This document shows, one piece after another, positions 18,827 through 29,057 of a DNA stretch of 64,000 nt. The stretch lies in the IMG/VR virus record IMGVR_UViG_3300033149_004321, one strand, 5' to 3'. Under the pieces are notes generated by a model that was not told where the DNA came from, did no database searches, and saw only the letters and a list, made by a program, of their open reading frames with translations. Each line of letters opens with the position of its first letter. Within the stretch, counting starts at the first letter, position 1. Made by a program: the position numbers and the translations under genes. The stretch is from an uncultured virus (IMG/VR IMGVR_UViG_3300033149_004321). Taxonomy: Duplodnaviria > Heunggongvirae > Uroviricota > Caudoviricetes.

Positions 18827-19210
18827 CTATATCACTTGAATATATATTATTTCTTCTACAGAATTATTACCATCAGTTAAATAACAGTTGATAGCAAATA
18901 CACCAACATAATTAGGGGCAGTCCATTGAACAGTATTTTCCATATTTGTAGTTTGAAAACTTCCGTTTGGTGATGATATAAAATAAAACATACTATCATC
19001 TTCTGGGTCATTTACTATTAATGTAATGCTACAAGTTTCCCCAACCCCCACAGTCTCCGGATAAATAATTTTAATTATTTCAGGCGGCTGATTTATTGGA
19101 ACCGGAGCAGTAGGTTTTTTCCCACAATCTATCATAATAAAAAACAAAACAAAAATAATAAAAAGAATATTCAATTCATTTGTAAAAATTTTTGCAAGAT
19201 TTTTAAACAT
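18827..19210 (-). CDS. Putative lipoprotein with Ig/PKD-like domain
   Basis: Hydrophobic N-region then CGKKPTAP; NQPPEI, DPEDDSM, WTAP, TDG. Confidence 0.65.
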   Translation of the reverse strand: MFKNLAKIFTNELNILFIIFVLFFIMIDCGKKPTAPVPINQPPEIIKIIYPETVGVGETCSITLIVNDPEDDSMFYFISSPNGSFQTTNMENTVQWTAPNYVGVFAINCYLTDGNNSVEEIIYIQVI

Positions 19211-19229
19211 AATAACCTCTTTTCCATAA

Positions 19230-19514
19230 TTAATTACTTTCCTTTTCAACAGTTATTGTTTCAATTTCTCTATCAACAAACTCGTTCACTTTTTTCAATG
19301 TTATTTCTGAAGTCAAAAGTTTATTTATTTGCCTTGTAAAGTTTAATATAGCTTTTTCAGTAAAAATAATATTTCCATTATAAATCTTTCCTGATTCCAA
19401 AATATTAATAAGAGCTGTCTTTTCTGAAAGTCTTATACCTAATAAACAAACAGCCTTATCTTTTTTCTTTTCTGTCATTGCGGATATTATTTCAAAATTA
19501 TTATGATGAATCAT
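19230..19514 (-). CDS. Hypothetical protein
   Basis: ATG just after the RecA stop. Confidence 0.5.
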   Translation of the reverse strand: MIHHNNFEIISAMTEKKKDKAVCLLGIRLSEKTALINILESGKIYNGNIIFTEKAILNFTRQINKLLTSEITLKKVNEFVDREIETITVEKESN

Positions 19515-19515
19515 A

Positions 19516-20559
19516 TCACCAAACCCTTTCCTTCCTTTCAATTGGCGTATAGATTTTTTGCCATATCTTCCAAATCTTTTCCTCAAGCTCTTTTTCAAGA
19601 TTATTTTCTTCAATATTTCTTATAGCTTCATCCAAATTTTTATATTTCTTCTTATTATAAATAATACCTTCAGCCCTGCTTTTTGTTATTTTCTTTTTAT
19701 TTTTTGCTCTAACATAATTATTATAAAATTCAAGATTTGTTCCTATGTTATCAATACCATAATCAAATAATAAACGAAATTCCCCACTTTTGAAGGGAGG
19801 CGCTATTTTGTTTTTATCTACATAAAAATAAAATCTTTCACCTATCACTTTGTCATATTCATTTTTTATTTTTTTCCCAGAAGATAATAGAATTCTTACA
19901 GTGGCATGAAAATTCAAAGCCAAACCACCGCTCCAAGCAACTGAACTTTCAAACGCTCCCGCACTAATATTAATTTTCTGATGGTCAACCGCTATAAAAG
20001 TAAAATCATTCAAAGCAAATCTTTTACCATACTTTCTACAAGCTTCAGACAATTTTTTCGCCCTTATAGTGCCATAACTTTTATCTTCCAATTTGTTTTT
20101 CATTTCAGTAATGGAAGGCAAAGCTGTAATGGAATCAACAGCCATAACAGTTGAGTATTTTCTTTCTTGTTTTGTTATTGTTTTTAATTCCTTTTCAACT
20201 TCTGTATCAAAGAGTTCTTCAAGAGTGTTCGGATTATTGTATTTCCAATTTTTAGTTTTCTTTTTCGGACTCATTGATACATCAAGACCAAATAATTTTC
20301 TTGCCCTATCAAAATCAAGAGTCATTTCTGAATCTTCATAAATAGATTTGCCTTTTAAAACTCTTTGATTATATCCAAGAACAGTTTGACATAATACTGA
20401 TTTGCAAGCTGAACTTTCACCTACTATATGTATAATTCTACCACCAGGAAAGCCACCTGGATATACATTAGCTATTGCCAAATCCAATAAAGTGCAACCT
20501 GTTCCAAGATAAAACTTCACTGGTGGCAGTGTTATTCTTCTTAATTTATTATTAGACAT
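19516..20559 (-). CDS. RecA/UvsX-like recombinase
   Basis: TGCTLLDLAI, GGFPGGRI, GESSACKS, AVDSITAL, GGLALNFHATVRI, KNKIAPPFK, YGIDN. Confidence 0.92.
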   Translation of the reverse strand: MSNNKLRRITLPPVKFYLGTGCTLLDLAIANVYPGGFPGGRIIHIVGESSACKSVLCQTVLGYNQRVLKGKSIYEDSEMTLDFDRARKLFGLDVSMSPKKKTKNWKYNNPNTLEELFDTEVEKELKTITKQERKYSTVMAVDSITALPSITEMKNKLEDKSYGTIRAKKLSEACRKYGKRFALNDFTFIAVDHQKINISAGAFESSVAWSGGLALNFHATVRILLSSGKKIKNEYDKVIGERFYFYVDKNKIAPPFKSGEFRLLFDYGIDNIGTNLEFYNNYVRAKNKKKITKSRAEGIIYNKKKYKNLDEAIRNIEENNLEKELEEKIWKIWQKIYTPIERKERVW

Positions 20560-21064
20560 TTCTCTTTTTTCTTTTACCAACTATTTCGTTCTCATATTCT
20601 TTCCTGCTTTCTTTTGAAACTACTTTCACAGACGTCAAAGCAAAATAATTAGATGCGTGCAATTGAGCTTCTACCTTTATCATTGACCGCTTGCTATCAA
20701 CTGAACGCTGTAATCCTTTGGCTTCATCCACTACTTTTTTTAATTCCAAAATTTCTTTTTTCATTGATAAGACACTTGAACGAGTATTAACAGTAGATTT
20801 TATCGCCGATTCAGTTGGCTTTTCTAATCCATATTTTTTAGGGTCTTTTCTAATAAGAAGAGAAATTTTATCAATATGTGTCTCCAATTCCAATTCAGCG
20901 TTTTCTATGAAATAAGAAGTTTCAGCAATGAAGCTATTTACTTCATCACAAAAAGAAGGAAACGAGGCGGATTCATCCTGCAAAGTATTTATATCTATTG
21001 CCAGCTTTCTTCTGAATGATTCCAACTTATTTTTTATTTCATTTATTTTTTTATCATTAATCAT
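20552..21064 (-). CDS. UvsY-like recombination mediator (putative)
   Basis: Helical; IRKDPKKYGLEKPTESAIK; located between SSB and RecA. Confidence 0.55.
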   Translation of the reverse strand: MINDKKINEIKNKLESFRRKLAIDINTLQDESASFPSFCDEVNSFIAETSYFIENAELELETHIDKISLLIRKDPKKYGLEKPTESAIKSTVNTRSSVLSMKKEILELKKVVDEAKGLQRSVDSKRSMIKVEAQLHASNYFALTSVKVVSKESRKEYENEIVGKRKKRNV

Positions 21065-21084
21065 AACTTTTTAAAAGAAAAAAG

Positions 21085-21150
21085 AAGGGCTTGCAACACA
21101 CAGAACCGATAAACTTGCTTGAAATGTCTTTCCATAGTTGCCAAGCCCTG
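21085..21150 (-). terminator. Long-loop stem followed by U-tract
   Basis: Minus strand agggcttggcaac ... gttgcaagccct followed by tcttttttctttt. Confidence 0.55.
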
Positions 21151-21185
21151 CTGTTTTTCTCTCCTCTCCTAATTTGATTTGTTAA

Positions 21186-22390
21186 TTATTTCTTTTTCTT
21201 TTTTGTTTTCTTTTTAACGGACTCTTTGGCGGGTTTCTTTTTAGGTTTCGTTTTTCTTTTTGTTTTTGGTTTCGGTTCTGGCTCTTCTTCATCCTCATCT
21301 TCATCCTCATCGTCTTCTAATTCATTTTCATCTTCTTCATCGCCTTCTTCTTCTAATTCTTCTTCTTCATCATCATCATCTTCTTCATCGTCATCGTCTT
21401 CTAATTCATCTTCATCTTCTAACTCTTCATCCTCATCATCTTCATCTTCTAATTCTTCTTCCTCATCGTCATCACCGTTTTCGTCTTCTTCATCTTCATC
21501 ATCTAATTCTTCTTCTTCATCCTCATTGTCTAACTCTTCTTCATCTTCTTCATCTTCATCGTCTTCTAATTCATCCTCATCATCATTATTATCTTTGCTT
21601 TCAAAATCTTCTTCAATTTCCTCTTCAACTTCTTCAGTCTCAACATCAATATCCATCATTTCTTTAATTTGTTCATAAGAAGCAGTTACAAGCAAACTTT
21701 CAAAATCTTCTCATTATCATAAACAGAGTTTTTAATTTCTAAAGTTCTATCCTGAATTTTTACCCCTTTATATCGGGTATTGTTTTGCACAGTACCAATA
21801 CGTTCAAAAGAAATTTCCTTTTTTTCGTCAGGGTCTGAAATGTCAATAGTTTCTTTCGTTCTTCTATCCTTGCTTAACTTCATTATTTCATCGTTTATCG
21901 TAGAAGGAGCATCATATATTTGCAACCCCTTCTTAACAGTTTCACTGTCCTTTGTATCCACAATAAAAAATAAAAACCTCAAAGTTGGGCGTAAATGCTT
22001 TATCGTGTCGTAATCAACACCAGCTTCTTTCAATTTATCTCGTTTTTCGCAAATAGGACATCTCTCTCTTTTTACACCCTTTTCAATGCTCATCAGTAAA
22101 GGACATAAAGCAGCGTCTTTATTACTATTAATGTCATAATGCACATAAATAGATTCACCAAAGTAAATGTCTGTCCTTTTCGGCGGGATTATAGCAATGA
22201 AATTATCGCCTTCTGGAGATTTATATTCTTGCATTATACCTGCTTTCTTCAAGGCATCCCTATCTATATACCAAGCTCTATTTCTAAACCTCCCACCCTT
22301 TTCGGCTTTGGTATATTCTTTTTCAATTGCTGCCGCCCGCGTACTTTTTTTCTTAACAACTGTCTTTTTTTTCTTTTTCTTTCTTACCAT
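21186..22390 (-). pseudogene. gp32-type single-stranded DNA-binding protein with very long acidic tail; frameshift near 21711
   Basis: NFIAIIPP, YVHY, LCP..CPIC, RFLFFIVD, IYDAP, DISDPDE, TRY; continues in another frame as EDFESLLVTASYEQIK followed by a D/E tract. Confidence 0.75.
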
Positions 22391-22484
22391 CGTAAAGCTC
22401 CTTTCTTTATTGTTAAAAATTTCATCTGTTTTCTTTTTTTCAGTATCATAATTCTTTACTTTTTTAATGAACACCTTACATAAT

Positions 22485-22514
22485 AATATACAAAATAAAA
22501 TCCTAAAATGAGAA
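22485..22514 (-). promoter_or_regulatory. Putative promoter, TTCTCA-N18-TATATT
   Basis: 33-bp segment repeated with one mismatch at 26660-26692; upstream of SSB. Confidence 0.6.
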
Positions 22515-22516
22515 AA

Positions 22517-25037
22517 TTAAATTTTTATTTCTTCCATATCAAATAAATTCTTACCCTTATACCATTTCATTTTCATAGGTACTATCTCCCAATAAAATCG
22601 TTTTTTAGTTAATCTTTTATTACTAATACCCATTACCTTTTCAAGTTCGGAATCTTTCACATCAAGCACCAACTCATCGTGTACCTGTATAATTGCTTTT
22701 GATTTCATTTTTTCTTTTTTCAAATCCTTTATTACATTATTTATTCCGTTCTGTAATAAATGATAACTGGTGGCTTGAATGGGTGTGTTTATTATTTGAT
22801 TTATTGATAACGGCGCCCGTCTTCTAAATCCAAAAAACGTTTTAACATACAAATTCCTTTTGTAAAAAGCTATCTGTTCATTCTGCCAATTTTTGATTCC
22901 TTTATGTTCTTGCCAAAGTTCTTTTTCTAAATTCTGCAAATGATAAGGGTCCACTTTTGAAAACGCTGGATATTTAGCTCTATTTTCCCAATACGAACCG
23001 TAAAACATAGCAAACACCCAACCATTTTTTGCATCATATCTTTGCTGTTTTGTAACCTGTCTTATTGGTATTCTGAATATTCTTGACGCCCATTCCCTAT
23101 GAAAATCATATCCTTCTAACAAATATTCAATAAGTTTTTTATCTTTTGAATACATAGCTATTACACAAACCTCTGAACCTCAATCAATTGTTTTATTTTT
23201 TTTGCTTCCTGCTCCCTTTCAGGTATGTTCTGAAAATTAGGTCTTGCGGAACTGCTTCTATAAGTTTCAACAGTGTGATTCATAAACGATGGGTGTATCC
23301 TGTTTCTACTGTCCAATTTCTCAAACCAATTTTTCAAATAAGTCCCTTCAAGTTTTTCAAGTTTTCTAATAGCAAGTATTCTGTTCGTCAATTTTTTCAA
23401 ATTTTCATCTTTCGTCTTTCTCAACATTTTTTTCAAACATTCCGCATCGACAGAATAATTACCTGCACTTGATTTTTCTTTTATCGGTTTCATCCCATAT
23501 AAATCATAATATAAAAATGACAAATCAGGATTTGAATTATAATTAAAATTTTTCTTATATTTTTTTGTAAATAATTTTACAGGCTTGCTTTTTGCTATCT
23601 TTCTTTGATACATCTCAATATTGCTTTGCAACTTTTCTGAAATTTCTTTTAATCTCTCAACATCAATTTGCACGCCTTCTTTTTCCATTCTTGCAAAAGC
23701 TCTTGTGGTTTCCGTAAGAAATAAAGAAGCTCTTTTAAAATCATTTTCATATTCCTGTTTTTTAATTTCCTTTTCCTGTTCCTTTCGCAACCACAAAGTA
23801 TTGCGAACATCTATACAATTATATTTCCCAATATCTTTTATATCTTCTTCTATTAAATTTCCTTGTTCAACTTCACTCTTCCATTGTGAAGAACCTGTCC
23901 TAACATAAATCTGAAATGCCAAAGAAGTCGTTCCCTTTCTTTCATCAATTATATGACTGTTCACCATTGTATCATAAACTTTTCCTCTTATGAAAACATT
24001 GAAGACCCTTTTTGAACATAAATCCTCATACTTTAAATTATGTATTGTCTTTTCTATTTTCTCATCAATTAACAATTTTTTCATTTCTTCATATAAAATC
24101 TTTTTCTGGTTTTCTGTCCATTTAGCTTGTGGGTGTTCTAAAGCAATACTATATGCCTTTTCTGTTTTACTACCAATACCGAACATTAATATTTTGAAAT
24201 CTTCTGTGTGTGTATTTACCCCTGTCGTCAAAACAAAAGTGTTTTTTCTTTTGAAAAGCTTTTAAAATTTTAACAGCTCTTTTAAAATCTTTATATATAA
24301 TAACATTTCCTTCATCCTCGTTTATACCTATCTTTTTAAAAGGTTTTTTTAAATACATCAAACCTTCTCTTATATCCCTTTCAAACAATTTTGTGTGTTC
24401 AGGTCTCCTCAATATGAAAGCCGAATGAAAAAGACAACACACCCAACAATTGTATTTCAAAGATGGAACTATCCTGCCTCTCATTTTTCCAGCGGTTATT
24501 TCAAATTCTGCATCATCCAATATACCTTTTATAGCTTTTTCTCCAACAGCAAATATTAGTTTAGGTTTTATTTTTCTAATATTATGAACCAATCTCGGCT
24601 TGCAATATTTAACTCTTTTCTGATTTGGGTAAATATTGTCTGGTGGTCGGCAAGCAATTGTGTTATCCAATTTAGCATCTCTGTAAATGTTAATCCCATT
24701 TTTCCTGAAAGCTCTAAAAAGAACTTCCCCAGATTCACCAACAAATTGTTTTCCCTTTTCATCTTCAATCTTCAACTTTACCTGGTGCTTCACCTACAAT
24801 GAGAATACCTTTTAATCCTTCACCGCTCGGCTTCATTTTAGGCGAATTGCAATTTTTGTATAGTCCACAAGATTTGCAATTGGCAGGTTGTTCAAGTTTA
24901 TATCGTTCTTCTTCTGACAAAGTAAATAACTGTGGTTTGATTAAACGTCTTTTCGGCGGGTTTCTCTTTCCTATCTTCTGTGGTTCTTCTTTCAAACCAA
25001 ACTCGGCTGGGTCAAAAAATGCGGATTGCTTTTTCAT
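22517..25037 (-). pseudogene. UDG(family 4)-3'-5' exonuclease-family A DNA polymerase fusion, broken into 4 ORFs
   Basis: CKSCGL, GEAPG..ED, ACRPP, HSAFILR (UDG); HNLKYE, YNCID (exo); TYRSSSARPNFQNIP, RYDAK..F..FYG, NTPIQ, QVHDELV (PolA); lesions near 24768, 24227 and 23181. Confidence 0.85.
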
Positions 25038-26638
25038 AAAATAGTAGCTTGAACTTTTTTGAATTTAACAGCTTTTATTCTTGCTTCTGCTATATCACAA
25101 TATTCCTGATTTATTTCTATACCAATATATTTTCTATTTAATATTTTACACGCGACAGCTGTCGTACCTGAACCGATAAAAGGGTCAAGAACGATGTCGC
25201 CTGTTCGTGTGGTCAACGTAATTAAATATTTGAACAATTTTACAGGCTTCACCGTTTCGTGTATATTCTTCTTTCCTTTTCCTAGTCCTTTGTTCCTTTC
25301 AGATTTACTCGCTTTCGGTATTATCATAAAAGGGAACGTTTCCCTTGCACATTTATTCCACTCATCCAAAGAAAAGTATCGGGAAAATGAACCTGAATCC
25401 TTTAGGGGTAATTTTATATTTCTTTCTACTTTATAAAATGATTTTCCTCCATCTGTTTTTATATGCCTACCACCCGATTGATAATTTTTCCCGTTATCCA
25501 ACACACCATCAGACACAAGCAAGTTTGCAGGAAACCTGCCGTAAGGTTTTATTGTTTGCGCTTTCTTTCCTTTTCTTGAATCAACACCCAAAAATTTTTT
25601 CTCATCTGGTTCTAAATTATACGGTTGTTTATAATTAATACCGTTTTTCCATCCAACTCTTTTAGGTATATACTCTTCTTTATCATAATTAGACAAAGGA
25701 ATTCGACAATCGTCCAACCAAGTAATTCCCTTACCATTCTTCAATGCCTGGTCAACATAACTCTTTTCACTTAATGGTTTCATACATACTAATATGACTT
25801 CAAGAGCTGGTTTCATTTGCATTCCAGCGTAACTTCCGTCAAGAACTTTCGCTTGGTCGGTGGCGGGTTTAGTCTCCCATACTGCTTTATTTCTTTTTTC
25901 TTCTGTATCTAATAAATTATAACTTGTAGAATTTTTTTGAATATTAGGCATTCTTGCACTTCTTTTTTTTCCGTCAGCATCTATTTTTTCACCTATAATT
26001 TCCCTTTCAGCTTCTTTCCGTTCAATTAATTCATCAAAACGATTATCAAGATTTAATATTTCTTTTAATTGTAAATAATAATATTTAGATGGTAACTGTA
26101 TTCCTGATAATCTGCCTTCCCACCAACTATATGCTGTATTTGTACCAAGCATTTTATCAATTGCAGACATAGATAAATCTTTTTCTATTCTCTTTTTCTT
26201 TAAATAATTAGCAAAAGGTTTATAAGTATTTTGAGTTCTATTATTCCGTTTATCCACTATTTTACTTATTGAACTCGCTTTCGGGAATCCTGATGCGTAA
26301 ACGTGATACAAACTTGAAAACCCCATCTCAAATCCCGCATCTTCAAGATTAACTATCATTCGAGAAAGCACATCTTGGCGTGGTGCAGACATCACAAGAC
26401 ACCAAGCTCCTGGTTTCAACACTCGCAAACATTCTTTCCATATATCAATTGACGGAACTGCTCTGTCCCAATCTTTCCCCATAAACTTATAACCATACAG
26501 CTATGGAGGGTCGGTAATAACAGCATCTATACAATTGTCTGGCAACTTTTTCATTTCTTCCAGACAATCACTGTTTATTACGCGACCCAAATATTCCTTT
26601 AAATTTGATTGTTTATTTTTAGATTGTTTTTTCTTCAT
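25034..26638 (-). pseudogene. N6A/N4C DNA methyltransferase (beta class) with HTH insert; 6-nt insertion containing TAG in DPPY
   Basis: INSDCLEEMKKLPDNCIDAVITDPP*LYG, GRFPANL, HETVKP, VLDPFIGSGTT. Confidence 0.85.
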
Positions 26639-26660
26639 AATCATAAACACCTTTTACTAT

Positions 26661-26690
26661 AATATACAAAATAAAATTCTAAAATGAGAA
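26661..26690 (-). promoter_or_regulatory. Putative promoter, TTCTCA-N18-TATATT
   Basis: Near-identical to 22484-22516; heads the leftward block. Confidence 0.6.
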
Positions 26691-26699
26691 AAATTTTTG

Positions 26700-27340
26700 A
26701 AATTGTTTAAAAATCGCTTATATAACGTAATAAAAAATTTAAAAACTTTCAAACGTAGAACTATACCTTTTTAATTTTTACCCAAAAACTCATTGTCAGT
26801 GGCTTGATTCTGACCAAATAAGCGATTTTAAAATTATATTACAAGTCATATTTTAAAAAATTTAACAGAAGAAAAATAAAAAACACAAAAAATTATAATA
26901 CATAAACAGAGAAAATTTTAAATAGAATTATTGTTTTTATTAAACATAGATATTAAAATATTAATAAAATATCAGTGAATAATACAGCAAACCCTTTGTG
27001 GCATTGAAAAATCGTTGTTTTTTGCTCTGTCCATAGCAGATTAATATATATATATATAGATTATATATATTAATCTATCTGCTGGCGTGGTAAAAAATAT
27101 AATATAATTTGTTGTGTTATAACAAGATAAATTAAAAATAAAAAAAATAAAAAGGAAATGGTTAATATTTTATTAATATTTTAGTGTTTTTCACTGTAGA
27201 ATTATAAAAATTTTTTTATTTTTTCATATAAAATTCATTAAATTTTAGTGTTTTTATACTTAATATATATTATTAATATTTTAATAAGATTTTATAAATA
27301 TATAAATAATTAATTATTGATTTAGAAATATTTTAAATTA
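26700..27340. other. AT-rich divergent intergenic region, candidate replication origin
   Basis: No ORFs; strand switch; (TA)n tract 27043-27070 inside an imperfect inverted repeat; 12-bp inverted repeat at 26710-26721 / 26818-26829. Confidence 0.45.
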
Positions 27341-27343
27341 ATT

Positions 27344-27373
27344 TTTACATTTTAAGTTTTATTTTTGTATATT
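27344..27373 (+). promoter_or_regulatory. Putative promoter, TTTACA-N18-TATATT
   Basis: Same T-rich spacer ending TTTTG-TATATT as the two leftward promoters. Confidence 0.55.
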
Positions 27374-27408
27374 ATTATATAAGGTATAATTATGAAAGGA
27401 AACAAAAA

Positions 27409-28221
27409 ATGAAAAAATATCTGCAAATAGAAATAACAGACAGCTTGCTGAACGCTTTGATTGATTCAAAAAAATGCAAGGAAAAAGTATCTATTTCCTT
27501 TTGCGTGGATAATGAAGAAAGCAAATCAAAGCAGGCAAAACCATTCTTTAAATTTTCCGAAAATGAATTACTCCTGATTAAAAAATGGAATACAGAAGTA
27601 AAATCTTATCAGAAAACGAACCCACACGATAAAAGAAACCAAGAAACTACCATGAAAGAATTTTCAAAAGAGATAGAAACGGTAATAAAGCCTCTTATGA
27701 AAAGAATGAAAGTTGAAGAAGTGATAAAGCAAATAGATTTTTATTTTCTTGCTTGTAAAAAATGTCAACATTTGAAAGATGGAAGAAATTTTGGATTTAA
27801 AAATCTATTAGGGTTCTTGAGAAAACTAAATAAAAATTATGTGAAAGGAGAAAAAGGATGGTGGGACAATAGCTACACTGAACCGTTTGATGATAAATAT
27901 AAAAAAACTACAAGATTGATAGCTAATGAATTTGCTATTATATATCTGAATAGAGATAGATATAATCTAATAAATCCATCAAGAGACTATGAAACGTTTA
28001 TGTCAACCGCAAAGAAGATAAAATACTTTATGAAAAGGAATCCTGGTTTGCCTTTTGATAGGCAGGAAATAATAGAATACTTTTTAAAAGCTGTAAAAAG
28101 ATATACTGATAATTCCGAAATAGATACGGTATATCCAAAAATATTATTGAATAATAATGTATGGAACATTATTTTTCCTCAATACCTCAAAGAAATTTAC
28201 CCCTCAATTGAAATTAAATAA
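27409..28221 (+). CDS. Hypothetical protein (possible replication initiator/helicase loader by position)
   Basis: 270-aa ORF with AAGGA RBS; first gene after the AT-rich region. Confidence 0.65.
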   Translation: MKKYLQIEITDSLLNALIDSKKCKEKVSISFCVDNEESKSKQAKPFFKFSENELLLIKKWNTEVKSYQKTNPHDKRNQETTMKEFSKEIETVIKPLMKRMKVEEVIKQIDFYFLACKKCQHLKDGRNFGFKNLLGFLRKLNKNYVKGEKGWWDNSYTEPFDDKYKKTTRLIANEFAIIYLNRDRYNLINPSRDYETFMSTAKKIKYFMKRNPGLPFDRQEIIEYFLKAVKRYTDNSEIDTVYPKILLNNNVWNIIFPQYLKEIYPSIEIK

Positions 28222-28223
28222 TT

Positions 28224-29045
28224 ATGAAAAAAATTGACGAATTTGTTAATAAGATTATTTATGGTAACTGCATTGAAGTAATGCATGAATTTCCTGATAA
28301 TAGTATTGATTTGACTTTAACATCACCGCCTTATGATGATTTAAGAGAATATGGTGGACATAAATTTGATTTTGTTATATTCAAAAAGATAGCAAGAGAA
28401 TTATATAGAATAACAAAAAAAGGTGGTATAGTTGTCTGGGTAGTTGGAGACGCCACTATCAAAGGAAGTGAAACGGGAACAAGCTTTAAACAAGCATTAT
28501 ATTTTAAAGCGGTCGGTTTTAATTTACACGATACTATGATATATGAAAGCGAAAAACCCCCTTTATCTCACAACAGATATGAACAGAAATTTGAATATAT
28601 GTTTGTGTTTTCAAAAGAAAAGCCAAAAACTTTTAATCCTATAAAAATAAAAACAACATACAAAAAAAGTTTGCATAATTATAATTTAGGTTCTTCTGCA
28701 AGCATAAAAGAAAAAAAGTATGCTATGAGAAAAAGAAATGAAAAAACTATTATAAAAAAATATAAATTTAAGGGGAATATTTGGAAATATGTTGCTGGTA
28801 GTTCTTCAGCAAAAGATAAAATAGCATATCAACATCCAGCTATCTTTCCCGAACAGTTAGCCAAAGACCATATCATATCTTGGAGTAATAAAGGAGATAT
28901 AGTTCTTGACCCGATGTGTGGTTCTGGAACTACTTGTAAGATGGCAAAAAAGTATGGAAGAAATTTTATTGGTATAGAAATAGAAAAAAGTTATGTTGAA
29001 ATAGCAAGAAAAAGAATCAAAAAGATTCAAAGTGTTTTAATATAA
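28224..29045 (+). CDS. N4C/N6A DNA methyltransferase (beta class)
   Basis: TSPPYD, HPAIFPEQL, VLDPMCGSGTT. Confidence 0.93.
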   Translation: MKKIDEFVNKIIYGNCIEVMHEFPDNSIDLTLTSPPYDDLREYGGHKFDFVIFKKIARELYRITKKGGIVVWVVGDATIKGSETGTSFKQALYFKAVGFNLHDTMIYESEKPPLSHNRYEQKFEYMFVFSKEKPKTFNPIKIKTTYKKSLHNYNLGSSASIKEKKYAMRKRNEKTIIKKYKFKGNIWKYVAGSSSAKDKIAYQHPAIFPEQLAKDHIISWSNKGDIVLDPMCGSGTTCKMAKKYGRNFIGIEIEKSYVEIARKRIKKIQSVLI

Positions 29046-29057
29046 AAAAAGGCCCCA

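Noticed and set aside
20395..20425. RecA Walker A variant GESSACKS as an inactivating lesion
   Set aside because: Catalytic Lys-Ser retained and the frame is intact; cannot be called defective without homolog alignment
21226..21678. Poly-Ser and His/Leu-rich plus-strand ORFs
   Set aside because: Antisense shadows of the Asp/Glu tract
26501..26503. Amber (TAG) recoding / alternative genetic code
   Set aside because: Only one in-frame TAG of this kind; readthrough would still give DPPxLY; other genes end normally at TAG (13626, 6587, 17680) and most genes are full length in code 11
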